Shown: piece after piece, positions 28,744-38,204 of the stretch
Numbering within the stretch: the stretch's first letter is position 1
How the letters are laid out: each line of letters opens with the position of its first letter
Virus record (IMG/VR): IMGVR_UViG_3300031741_000001
Span: 1 to 64,000 of that record
DNA from: a virus
Strand: one strand, 5' to 3'
DNA: 64,000 bases
Made by a program: the position numbers and the translations under genes
Notes under the pieces: generated by a model
What the model was told of the DNA's origin: nothing
Databases searched by the model: none
What the model saw: only the letters and a program-made list of their open reading frames with translations

Positions 28744-29303
28744 AATATTTCTAAATCCTTTCGTGAGACTTTTATATAATTACTAAAATTAACTATCTGC
28801 GGCAAGTATTTAAAATGCGCTCCTGGGGCTCTGTCCCACAGTTCTTTATTTTTTACTTTATTGGTATACGCTTTCGTAAGCTGTAGTAGTCTACTTCCAG
28901 ACTCTATCAATTCTACTTTTCTAGAAATTTGAAGTACCGAATCTCCTGTAAGTTTAGAAAAATCCAATCTAAATCTATATTTTATTTTAATTATCCCTGC
29001 TAAATCTATGGGAGTAAAATAAATACCATAATTGATGTAAGGCTTATTTAACGCTCCTCTATAGAAAAGATTATAAGCTGCTTTCCAGTATATTTCTGCG
29101 TTCTCTAAAGGTGTGTTGTATTCGGAAACCCCCTTTAGTTTTAATGAAATAGCTCTTTCAGCATAACCATATACTCTTTCATGGCTTAGATTTCTATTGA
29201 CTGGAAGCAATTTTCCTAGTTTTAAAATTTTATCTAAACTAGCTTCATCAAAAACATAGTGATATATAGCCACTTTCTTATTCAACCCTAAAACGCTCAT
29301 CAT
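28740..29303 (-). CDS. Putative ADP-ribosyltransferase-fold protein
   Basis: IYHYVFDEASLDKILKLGKLLP and GIYFTP resemble the YH..…l..Il..G.L.p and gvYft strands of H-type ART folds. Confidence 0.45.
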   Translation of the reverse strand: MMSVLGLNKKVAIYHYVFDEASLDKILKLGKLLPVNRNLSHERVYGYAERAISLKLKGVSEYNTPLENAEIYWKAAYNLFYRGALNKPYINYGIYFTPIDLAGIIKIKYRFRLDFSKLTGDSVLQISRKVELIESGSRLLQLTKAYTNKVKNKELWDRAPGAHFKYLPQIVNFSNYIKVSRKDLEIL

Positions 29304-29308
29304 ATCTC

Positions 29309-30619
29309 CTATAGAAATTTAAATGATTGTAAAATTATATATTGGATAAAAGCTATTCTCAATGTGGCTTTAGTAGATTCTCTTTTTACTTTAATATTTT
29401 TATCTATAAAAATACCAACACTATCCTTTATAGAAAGTAGATCTTCATTGAGTATCCTACTACTCTTATAAATATCTGAAGTCTTTTTAAGGATAGCTAA
29501 TTTCGATTTAAAGTTAACTGTTTTATCCAACATGCAGAATCTTAAAGTTTTTTGGACTATATAAGATATTAGAACTTTATATCCTTTAAGATAAGTTATA
29601 TTGTTTTTCTTAAGTATTTCATTTTGAGTTTGGTTCTTATATTGTAAAATAGCCAAATCTGAGAAATGAGTCAAAAGGGTTCTTAGTATAGTAGGATTGA
29701 TATTCTTATTAAGCCCTACCACTAGCTGTATCATTTCATGATCTATGAATTGATTCATATTAAGAGCACTACTAGCAACATTTAAGATAATATTATCAAA
29801 AGATGAAGTGAGTTCTTTAATTACTTTCTCTCCTGCAATATTCCCGACTAAGTCTTCCTGTCTGAATTGTTGCTTCTCATCTCTCACTCTATAAAACTCT
29901 CTTACTATTTTTCTTATCTGTAATCGCATCCTAGTATTTATATCAGTAATGACATAAACTACTTTTTTATCCGAAGTGAAATTAATCAATGTTTTATAAT
30001 GGATAGAATCAATCTTCATTAATTCTTTGCATCTATTCTCTAGAACAGCTTTCCATGTCGGAGTTCTAGGATTCTTAATATCGAACTTATAACTAAGCTC
30101 ATCTATAGTTTGTTCCATTACAGTTTGTTGAGGAGTATACGGGAACATATAATTCACACAAGAAGTGAAAAATTTATAATTTAACATTTTTAAAAGTGTG
30201 AAGATAAATATTTCTTTTTCTTTACTAGACACCGATGATTTATATCCGCAATGACAAAGCCAGATTGTTAGAATGTTGTACGCATCGCAGAAAACACTAT
30301 TGGTTGGATCTTTAACTTTCTTTCTTAGATAGATAAGATATTCCGTAGTGTATATAGTTTGTCTAAATTCTTCAATATTAATATCAAAGATATCAAAAAT
30401 CATATTGTATTCTGTTGGTAAAAAATACATCCTATTAACACCCAATAGTCCTGTATTGAGAGCTAAAGGATGTTCTTTCTTAACTTCAAAAACTGAACAC
30501 ATCTTTACTAATTGAGCTATTCTAGAAGAAGTAATAGGAACGTTATATTTTAAACTAAGCGCTTTCTTCAATGTCGGTAGTTGGTTTTCCATCATTATCT
30601 CTTTCAGTAGTTTGAACAT
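29309..30619 (-). CDS. Conserved phiKZ-like hypothetical protein
   Basis: 436 aa helical protein (likely start MMENQ at 30595); YKFFTS, L..KFDIK and W..VLE.R motifs recalled from phiKZ-like core proteins. Confidence 0.6.
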   Translation of the reverse strand: MFKLLKEIMMENQLPTLKKALSLKYNVPITSSRIAQLVKMCSVFEVKKEHPLALNTGLLGVNRMYFLPTEYNMIFDIFDINIEEFRQTIYTTEYLIYLRKKVKDPTNSVFCDAYNILTIWLCHCGYKSSVSSKEKEIFIFTLLKMLNYKFFTSCVNYMFPYTPQQTVMEQTIDELSYKFDIKNPRTPTWKAVLENRCKELMKIDSIHYKTLINFTSDKKVVYVITDINTRMRLQIRKIVREFYRVRDEKQQFRQEDLVGNIAGEKVIKELTSSFDNIILNVASSALNMNQFIDHEMIQLVVGLNKNINPTILRTLLTHFSDLAILQYKNQTQNEILKKNNITYLKGYKVLISYIVQKTLRFCMLDKTVNFKSKLAILKKTSDIYKSSRILNEDLLSIKDSVGIFIDKNIKVKRESTKATLRIAFIQYIILQSFKFL

Positions 30620-30803
30620 AGTGGGGACACGCTATAACTGAAACGAATCCTTTCTTATGCTTACATTCTTTTCTACAATAATCGCAAGTTTCACAAGTTT
30701 CATTGAATGGATTTTTAAGACAAGATGAGTAATGTCCGTTATAGAATTTCTCTTCTGTGAAAGTTTGAAAGCAATATTTACAAGTGTATGTTTTTTTATT
30801 CAT
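30555..30803 (-). CDS. Small zinc-finger protein
   Basis: YTCKYCFQTF......H...C (C2HC type) plus a second CETCDYC..C.H...CPH cluster. Confidence 0.65.
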   Translation of the reverse strand: MNKKTYTCKYCFQTFTEEKFYNGHYSSCLKNPFNETCETCDYCRKECKHKKGFVSVIACPHYVQTTERDNDGKPTTDIEESA

Positions 30804-30857
30804 TTATGAGTCCTTTAAGGTTAATTGTTTTCCTATACTATGTTATATAATAGCTTT

Positions 30858-32960
30858 CTAAAACCTTAAGTTAGCGAATACCTGTAGACTGCGTTCTGAG
30901 CCATCAAAAAGATTAAACTCTACATTTTCAGTTTTCTTTTTAGCTTGATCCATAGATATTATTTTTGGTTCAATAATATCTTTATCTAATAGAGACTCTA
31001 AAGATTTAATTTCATTTTGATAACCCATCTTTAAAGTAGGAGAAAAACATTCTTCTTCTTTTTTCTTTATCCTTTGAAGTCTATCGAAGATCTTCAGTTG
31101 CTGTTCTTTATATTTAGGGTCTACTTTAGCCCCATCGTGGGTGATATTCTTTAAGAAGATATTTCTATCTACTCCATAAAGATTAATATTCTTACCGTGA
31201 AGAATAAAAAAACAAGATAATAAATACGCTATAGTTAAATCGTCATTCGATCCTACCATATGATCTATTCTATTGTTTTTAATTATCAATCCTAATATTT
31301 CTGAAATAAGATCGGGATCGAATATTTTATCATAGTTGGTATCTAGAGCTTGGGGCATTACCGTTTCAAATAGAATATCTCTAGAAGCAGCTCCTGTCCA
31401 AAAACCAAACTTTTTAATAATATCTCCATCGACTGATGGAATTTCGGTAATCAATTCTTTATCTTGAGTATACTCCTGATAGTAGGCATTATAAATACGC
31501 TTTAATGGATTTAATTCTTTTTCCAATAGGGCTAATATTAGAAAGTCTAAAAGTACTTTACCATTTTTATTACGCTCTGGAATAAATATAGATTTCGGGA
31601 ATTCTAATAACATACTTAAAATATTTTTCACAACATAAGCAAAATTAGTTAGATTACATTTCCAAGTACACACCACGGACATATCTCTAGGGTCTGTCAT
31701 GACCATAGTAGTGAAATCTATCCCTACATTATCGCTAGTATCGGATCCTATAACGAATGGGATATTTTTCTCTTCATACTTTTTGAACTTTGAAGGGTGA
31801 GTAAACCACCTTATAACTATTCCATTTTTAACTTCAACGAAAACTGGTTCTTTAATATTATCTTCTAACTTCTTAGACATATCTTTACTTATTGCTGATA
31901 GTCCTGACGTATGCTCCCATTTATTTAAAAAGTCACAGGCTATAGTAGCTGGATCTTTATCTACAGTAACCTTCTTGAGCCAAGCAGCGTCTTTGCCTAA
32001 TTGTAAATGGCTATATTCCAAATAACACATTTGGTTATTAGAATTAGAATCTACTACAGTTTTAAGCTCTTCAACGTTTTTAGAATCATATAACTTCTCA
32101 GTAAACCGCATACAATTATTCTTAATACCGTAAGCGTATAGCCCGCAAGGATCTGATAATCTACCAGCTGTTGTAGTAATCATGTTAGTACAAGGAAACC
32201 CAGTTGCTCTAATTTGATCTGCAGCTGCGGTTATAGCTGATGTAGCTGAAGGGTAAGATAGATCGTTATTGATATAATGTCCGAACTCATCCCAATGCTC
32301 AAGACCTATCGACGGACCTCTACCTTGACTACTAGCTCTTAATTTACTTGTTTGAGCAACGAAAGTTTTATACTTAGTTTTTAAGAAGTTATAACTAACT
32401 CCTTCTTTATTATTTGTATCGACTACTGAATTTTTAATTAGAAATTGCGGTAGAGCGTCTCTTATTAGTTTTAATCTCTCTACATTCTCTAGAACCAGAA
32501 TATTATCTTTAGCAAAAAGTGCTGCTGATAAATCCTGTCCAGCTAAATAACATACCCAAACAAAAACACTGATAGCTGCGATAGTTTTACCTATCTGCCT
32601 AGGCATTGTTAGAAATGGAGTAATTGAATTACAAAAAAGCCAAGTTAATCCAACATTGGCTCTATTGAAAATATATGGAGAAGTTCCGGATCCCTGCGAG
32701 GGAACTCTAGCCACTTCTCGTAACATATACCATATATTGATTTTACATTCAACAGCTATCCTAAGCTTCATCTCAGCTGATAAATCTTTACTGAACGGGT
32801 CAACATTTATTAATTGCGGTTGATAGAGAGCGAGAACAAATTTATTATTCTCTACTCCCATCCGTTTTAATAGCGTAGCAAATTTTACCGCAGAAAGATT
32901 ACTAGTCTGATAATGGCATATGGCATTCTTCTTAGAAAAATCTTCCTTAAATAAAATCAT
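30858..32960 (-). CDS. terL: Terminase large subunit (phiKZ gp25-like)
   Basis: Walker A MPRQIGKT, Walker B WDE, TTTAG coupling motif, RNase H-like GSDTSD, PERNK and NDDL motifs. Confidence 0.9.
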   Translation of the reverse strand: MILFKEDFSKKNAICHYQTSNLSAVKFATLLKRMGVENNKFVLALYQPQLINVDPFSKDLSAEMKLRIAVECKINIWYMLREVARVPSQGSGTSPYIFNRANVGLTWLFCNSITPFLTMPRQIGKTIAAISVFVWVCYLAGQDLSAALFAKDNILVLENVERLKLIRDALPQFLIKNSVVDTNNKEGVSYNFLKTKYKTFVAQTSKLRASSQGRGPSIGLEHWDEFGHYINNDLSYPSATSAITAAADQIRATGFPCTNMITTTAGRLSDPCGLYAYGIKNNCMRFTEKLYDSKNVEELKTVVDSNSNNQMCYLEYSHLQLGKDAAWLKKVTVDKDPATIACDFLNKWEHTSGLSAISKDMSKKLEDNIKEPVFVEVKNGIVIRWFTHPSKFKKYEEKNIPFVIGSDTSDNVGIDFTTMVMTDPRDMSVVCTWKCNLTNFAYVVKNILSMLLEFPKSIFIPERNKNGKVLLDFLILALLEKELNPLKRIYNAYYQEYTQDKELITEIPSVDGDIIKKFGFWTGAASRDILFETVMPQALDTNYDKIFDPDLISEILGLIIKNNRIDHMVGSNDDLTIAYLLSCFFILHGKNINLYGVDRNIFLKNITHDGAKVDPKYKEQQLKIFDRLQRIKKKEEECFSPTLKMGYQNEIKSLESLLDKDIIEPKIISMDQAKKKTENVEFNLFDGSERSLQVFANLRF

Positions 32961-33700
32961 TTTTTACCAATCCTTTCATTGAGAGCCGATGCTGGTATAA
33001 GCACAACCGCATTTTCTTCAAAGACTTCTTTAGCCTGGGCTTTAGTAATAATTTTTTTAGTTATTAGAAGATTTTTAATTTTAGTTTCTACTTTAAGTAA
33101 CATTTTATTATGAACTGTTATATCGTTAATATTTCCTCCAGCAGCTGCCATACTATTCTTAAGAATAATAAAGACCACGCTAGACCAAGTTAAAATATCA
33201 CCAGAAGCCCAAATCGCTATATCTGATAGTGAGAGGAGCGCGTTAGCGTGAGTGGTGACTTTAGCTTTACATGCTTTAATAGAACTTAATAATGCTAGAA
33301 CTCCTAGCCCATTAGTCCCCATGCTAGTTATTTCTATAATCAAATTAGAATTCTTGGGAACCGTTTCTAGTAAATGGAGAATGAATGGAAGAAACGTCAT
33401 AGATTTTCTATTAAGGTATAGTCTAAAAGTTAATTTCTTATCCGCTGATATAGTTTGTGAGACAAAAACATTAGCTGGAATCTGCTCAATTTTAGATAGA
33501 GCTCCATATGTTGGATCTAAAGGAGTTAAATCTTCCATCGCTGGAATCAATTCGTTTTCTAACAAAAAGTCTTCTTCCCATCTTTTAGATAACTCAAGAA
33601 AATCTCCTTTAGGTATACCTTCTTCTTCTTTTTTACCATTTAGAACTTTAGGTTTTAAGCTCTCTATTGATGTTAGATCAATATCATCTATTATATTCAT
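32957..33700 (-). CDS. ClpP-fold protein lacking catalytic residues (ClpR-like)
   Basis: IEITSMGTN...LLSSIKACKAKVTTHANALLSLSDIAIWASGD aligns to ClpP, but the nucleophile Ser and catalytic His positions read L and K. Confidence 0.6.
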   Translation of the reverse strand: MNIIDDIDLTSIESLKPKVLNGKKEEEGIPKGDFLELSKRWEEDFLLENELIPAMEDLTPLDPTYGALSKIEQIPANVFVSQTISADKKLTFRLYLNRKSMTFLPFILHLLETVPKNSNLIIEITSMGTNGLGVLALLSSIKACKAKVTTHANALLSLSDIAIWASGDILTWSSVVFIILKNSMAAAGGNINDITVHNKMLLKVETKIKNLLITKKIITKAQAKEVFEENAVVLIPASALNERIGKK

Positions 33701-34392
33701 TTTTTGATGATTCCATTTCTTTTAGTTTTTAGAATAGCTTTTTCAATTCTCTTTTTCATCTCGGGAGCTGATATGAAAACATTAAGCTTTTTGAACATAA
33801 CATTTTCATACTCCACTTTAGTCATATACCCCATATCTAGATAAAAACGATATCTATCATCGAACCATTCTAGAATTGAAACTATAGTGTTTTCAATGTC
33901 TAAAGACTTACCTTTTATCATCTGAGTAGGTCCATGAATCATTATCTCAGCCCACTCCCTTATTTCAATGCATTCTGGAGGGGCTTCAAGTAATATTAGT
34001 GATCCACATGATGCACAGAGTCCATTAGCTACAACTTTAAGCTTAGCCCTTGTTCTATGCATTGCAGAGGCTATCCCTATCCCACCGAAGACATCCCCTC
34101 CAGGAGTTTGGATTATTATATCTATCTCATCATCTTCAGTTGCCGATAATAGCTCGTCTATCGCTTTGACGTAGACATAATTAGATAAGACGTCGCTGGT
34201 AAGATATATCTGTATTTTAAAACCAGTTTCGGTTTTAGTTTTTGATATATTCAACGCGCTAGGGAAAACTGTCCCCATCACCATACCGTTCTCTGCTTCA
34301 ACTATATTTTCTTTAGTCATTGCAATGTGTTGGTTATTCATTGGGCATTCCTTAATTATAACATGAGTGAAAAATTGATTTGCGTTTTCCAT
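33697..34392 (-). CDS. clpP: ClpP-family (S14) protease
   Basis: IIIQTPGGDVFGG, GLCASCGS (Ser), IMIHGP (His), FISAPE; true start may be internal (MNNQ). Confidence 0.8.
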   Translation of the reverse strand: MENANQFFTHVIIKECPMNNQHIAMTKENIVEAENGMVMGTVFPSALNISKTKTETGFKIQIYLTSDVLSNYVYVKAIDELLSATEDDEIDIIIQTPGGDVFGGIGIASAMHRTRAKLKVVANGLCASCGSLILLEAPPECIEIREWAEIMIHGPTQMIKGKSLDIENTIVSILEWFDDRYRFYLDMGYMTKVEYENVMFKKLNVFISAPEMKKRIEKAILKTKRNGIIKK

Positions 34393-35173
34393 CGGATGTT
34401 AGGATATGGTTTTTATTTTTAACACCACGATAACTATTTTCAATAATTATTTTATCCGTCCCCAACATCTCGAATAGCTCTTCCGACTGTAATGATTCAA
34501 ACCCGACAGCAGTTCTATAAAAATCATCTTCTCCAGTAAAGTCTTCAAATGGTATTGGGCATTCTAAACTTTCAGTAGCTCCCATGAATCTTTTAGAAGC
34601 TTCAGCAAAACCGCCTGATTCTACAGCGTCGAAAGTGATAAGAGCAATAACCTTCTTAGTCATTATTCCATTTACAAGAGTTGGTGGGTGAGTTAATGCT
34701 CTTAATGAAAAAGCAGTATTTCTTTTTGGATCTGCAAAAGAGTCAACTAATTCATCTTTATAAGGTCCGCAAGTTCCAATGTCTCCTTCTATCAGCAAAA
34801 GACCATCTTCAGTTTCTCTACTATTGACATGAGTAAAGAAATGGGATAATCTAGTTCTATCTATGAACGCGACTCTTTTAACTATCTCTCTAGGATTACC
34901 AGCGCAGAACGGATGTCCCCATTCTCCTTCTAGTCCTCCTTCAACTAACTTTTTATAGAAAGTTGTTTTGGGATTAGTCATCCCATTTACGAAACTCGTT
35001 TCATCATACTGGACATTATTCCTAGAAGGTTTTCTAAGAATAGCTAATGGAACTTTTTTAAATATTCCATCCTTATCTGGAGTAATTGTTTTTAAACTTT
35101 TACCGTCAATAGTATGCAGTGTCTGCATATTAAAAATTACATTTCCCATACTTTCAAGTGCTGGATTAGACAT
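34352..35173 (-). CDS. Prohead (head maturation) protease, phiKZ gp175-like
   Basis: SRNN..Y, GEWGHP (His), AFSLR (Ser), TFDAV; self-cleavage-type ALE/ATE/SLE/GFE sites at both ends. Confidence 0.88.
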   Translation of the reverse strand: MSNPALESMGNVIFNMQTLHTIDGKSLKTITPDKDGIFKKVPLAILRKPSRNNVQYDETSFVNGMTNPKTTFYKKLVEGGLEGEWGHPFCAGNPREIVKRVAFIDRTRLSHFFTHVNSRETEDGLLLIEGDIGTCGPYKDELVDSFADPKRNTAFSLRALTHPPTLVNGIMTKKVIALITFDAVESGGFAEASKRFMGATESLECPIPFEDFTGEDDFYRTAVGFESLQSEELFEMLGTDKIIIENSYRGVKNKNHILTSDGKRKSIFHSCYN

Positions 35174-35175
35174 AG

Positions 35176-36234
35176 TTAACCTTTCGAGTCGTATTTTGAA
35201 ATTAGAATCCCTTTTCCCCTTAAGAATAGAGGCTTTTTAAAATTAGTTATCTTTAAACTAAAAAACATTTTAGGAGTAAACGTTGCGGAACTCCTTTTCA
35301 TATTGGATAGTGATAATAGTCCATGACTTTGTAGAAGCATCGCTAGTAATTCTGAACAGAACACCTTATTAGGAGAAACTTTTCGATTTCCTAAAACTAT
35401 AGTATTTCCAAAGATAGCTCTAGTGAATTTTGTAAAACTAGCAAATTCAGCTCCTAAGTATTTCTTGATAAAGTCTTTAGTATCTTTATTCTTTTCACAA
35501 TTAAACATTTCTGGAGTAGAGCATCTTCTGACACATATGTATTTCTCGTTCAACCCGTATTTCAGAACTGAAGTTAATTTAACTCCATTATCCATAGTAG
35601 CATCGAACATCCATAATTTATTTTGATTCTTTACAACTATACCAACATGAGTGAATATAGATCTAGTTAAGAGTACGGTAAAAACATTAGCTAGTTTTTT
35701 AAACTTAGTAAATTCTGAAAAAATAATAATATCTCCCGCTTGCAGATCTAATTTAGAGACGACTGAAATACTTTCAGTAGAAACTCCAAAACATTCTTTA
35801 ATGATATCAGGAGAGATAGTATTGAAATTTAAAGACAATGTTTCGTCGGCTTCAATATCTCTAAGACTTTTTATTACATATCCGCTATCTTCTTTAAGTA
35901 TAGTAATATTACTATCGAAAGATTGTTCTACTATCTGAAAGAATAAATTATTCTCGTCTTTATTGATATAATTAAATATATGATTTTTCTGTACTTTATT
36001 TTTAATGAAAAATCTCTGTTGATCTTTAATAATATCTATCTCTAGATTTAAAGAATTTAGATTATTAGAAACACTCTTCAAATCTTTTAAACAATTATCA
36101 GCTAAGTCACACCTAGCCAGTTGTGAAAGGTTCTCTTCAGATGATATGAAATTCTCTAAAGATGGAGACATGCCCTCAGCCTTTACTTCCTCTATGAGTA
36201 AATTAATATTTTCTATATCCGTTACAAGACTCAT
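35176..36234 (-). CDS. Permuted papain-like (YiiX/YebB, NlpC/P60) amidase with N-terminal propeptide and SET-like remnant
   Basis: LQAGDIIIF, FTHVGIV (His), FCSELLA (Cys); upstream QSFDSN...SLRDIEADETLSLNF. Confidence 0.7.
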   Translation of the reverse strand: MSLVTDIENINLLIEEVKAEGMSPSLENFISSEENLSQLARCDLADNCLKDLKSVSNNLNSLNLEIDIIKDQQRFFIKNKVQKNHIFNYINKDENNLFFQIVEQSFDSNITILKEDSGYVIKSLRDIEADETLSLNFNTISPDIIKECFGVSTESISVVSKLDLQAGDIIIFSEFTKFKKLANVFTVLLTRSIFTHVGIVVKNQNKLWMFDATMDNGVKLTSVLKYGLNEKYICVRRCSTPEMFNCEKNKDTKDFIKKYLGAEFASFTKFTRAIFGNTIVLGNRKVSPNKVFCSELLAMLLQSHGLLSLSNMKRSSATFTPKMFFSLKITNFKKPLFLRGKGILISKYDSKG

Positions 36235-36245
36235 GAACCTTCCCT

Positions 36246-37022
36246 TTATTTAAATTTTAAATATCCGTTATCTTTAAGAAAAGCTTTAAAGAATTTATGA
36301 ACTTCAAAAAGGAATTTACCGAAGTCTATCATTCTTTGTGCAACTTCTTGAGTTAATAAGCACATTAGTTTAAATTCTTCTTCTCTATTCTTACGCTCAT
36401 CTCCTTTTGATCCATCTATCATCTTTTTTATTTTTAAAAGATTGATTTGATTAGCAGTTGCTATTTTCATGTTATCTAAGAGATCATATTTCCGCCCTCC
36501 GTAAACTTCGATGAAGTCTAGATATGCGGAACCGTATCCTAAAGTTTTAAGCGTTTTAAAATAAGCTATGTCTTTATTCAAAGGTTGTAGCTTAATAGGC
36601 TTTCCGTAAGCAACTTTAAGATTGACTTTCTTTAATCTTTTATTAAGCTCATCTGTTGGGTTAACTGTAAAGATAAAATCTTCTCGTTTATATCCAAAAA
36701 CTTTTAAAGCACTGTTATATGCATGCATACTATCTTTAAGTAGCTGAGCCGTGAAAGGTCCCTGTTTAAAATCTAATTTTAAATCCATAAACTCATTTGC
36801 TAGTTTAGTTTCTTCTCCTTTAAATTTAGGAACTTCTTTTTCTGAATTGATTACCTGCTTATTCATAATACTAAAAACAAGAGCAGCATATTTCCCATAG
36901 TCATCTAACCAGACATTATAGTTTTTCCACATAATGTCGGAGCTTTCACCTATTGAGATATTAGGAACTGTTGGATATCCGAAAACTTCCATAGATGTAT
37001 TTTTTATATTTAAAATATTCAT
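36246..37022 (-). CDS. Putative internal head protein (MNIL leader family)
   Basis: Starts MNILNIKNTSME|; helical, with the LKTLGY motif shared with the paralog family. Confidence 0.55.
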   Translation of the reverse strand: MNILNIKNTSMEVFGYPTVPNISIGESSDIMWKNYNVWLDDYGKYAALVFSIMNKQVINSEKEVPKFKGEETKLANEFMDLKLDFKQGPFTAQLLKDSMHAYNSALKVFGYKREDFIFTVNPTDELNKRLKKVNLKVAYGKPIKLQPLNKDIAYFKTLKTLGYGSAYLDFIEVYGGRKYDLLDNMKIATANQINLLKIKKMIDGSKGDERKNREEEFKLMCLLTQEVAQRMIDFGKFLFEVHKFFKAFLKDNGYLKFK

Positions 37023-37510
37023 ATAGTTTTCCCCATCATATAATCTATAGGCTTAAATCCCATTTTCGTGTAAGCTGCGACTGCTTGTCTATTTTTAACT
37101 ATAACTCCTAAAATAACCATATCCACTTTTGGGTATTGTTTCTTATAAAGCTTCAAAGCTTTATCCATCAGCAACGGTCCAAGCCCTTGATTTCTAAAAT
37201 CCTTATCCACAACAAGACTAGATACGTAAACGCAATCCCTATAATCGGATGGACCTAATAATACAAATCCTATTAATTCATTTTTATTAAATAGAAGAAA
37301 GACTTTTTTACCTTTCCTCATCCAGTGTAAAACTTCTTTGTCGGTATCTAGAATGCTTAAGTTTGAAGGCATTCTATCTCTATATAAAGTAATTTCTTCT
37401 CTATGGTGAGCATCTAACTGTTCGTCTAACTCCATTATACGTTCTGAAAATTCTCCAATCCGATTCTGCTTCAACTCACTTACTGTTATTTTAGGTTTTA
37501 AAATATTCAT
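37019..37510 (-). CDS. GNAT family N-acetyltransferase
   Basis: YVSSLVVDKDFRNQGLG acetyl-CoA motif A; N..A...Y.KMGF motif B. Confidence 0.9.
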   Translation of the reverse strand: MNILKPKITVSELKQNRIGEFSERIMELDEQLDAHHREEITLYRDRMPSNLSILDTDKEVLHWMRKGKKVFLLFNKNELIGFVLLGPSDYRDCVYVSSLVVDKDFRNQGLGPLLMDKALKLYKKQYPKVDMVILGVIVKNRQAVAAYTKMGFKPIDYMMGKTI

Positions 37511-37511
37511 A

Positions 37512-38204
37512 TTACATCCTCAATAGATTTTCTATCTCAGCTAGATTTTTATTATCTTGCACTAGTGAGGCGTTTATTCCATTAGCAAAATAAGTACCTA
37601 TCAATCTACTACTTGTCGATACGCTAGCATGACTAACGTCACTTAAAGGTATTTGTAATTCCCTACCTTCCATTGCAGTGTGCCTATATTGAATGGTCGG
37701 ACTACCTTGTTTTCTACTAAGATGAGCAATCAATATTTCAAAGATAGAATGATCTACATTAAAGTTAATTCCTGTATGTCTACTTACCTTATCGAACATG
37801 AATGCTTTATCGTCATATGTAATGAATGAAGGAGTTTTTGTAGAATTGATATATTCATAGAAAACTACCCATCCGATTCCTGCCATTTGAATTAACTCAG
37901 TAGTCTCAATAAAAGCATTTCCCTTTTTAAGAGTAAGTAAAATATATTTTTCTTCGTCTTTATTAATTTCTTCTATTTCCGTAGATTCCATTACTATAAT
38001 TCTAGGAAGGAAAAACCCACTCTTATAAGTCTTACCTTTGTCTATAACTTCCAATTCAAAAATAGCTAAAGTGCTAATCTTATCGGATATCTTTAAACAT
38101 GCAAAATTCTTAAATCTTTTAGCTATGTATACTTTAAGAGTCTCGCCTATGAAGATAACTTTAGATCCTTCTTTTTTAAAAAACTGTTTAACCTCACTGT
38201 TCAT
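37512..38204 (-). CDS. Conserved phiKZ-like virion protein
   Basis: 230 aa; KTPSFITYDD, SRLIGTYF..GI..SL and IENLLR motifs typical of a gene near the phiKZ head protease. Confidence 0.55.
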   Translation of the reverse strand: MNSEVKQFFKKEGSKVIFIGETLKVYIAKRFKNFACLKISDKISTLAIFELEVIDKGKTYKSGFFLPRIIVMESTEIEEINKDEEKYILLTLKKGNAFIETTELIQMAGIGWVVFYEYINSTKTPSFITYDDKAFMFDKVSRHTGINFNVDHSIFEILIAHLSRKQGSPTIQYRHTAMEGRELQIPLSDVSHASVSTSSRLIGTYFANGINASLVQDNKNLAEIENLLRM

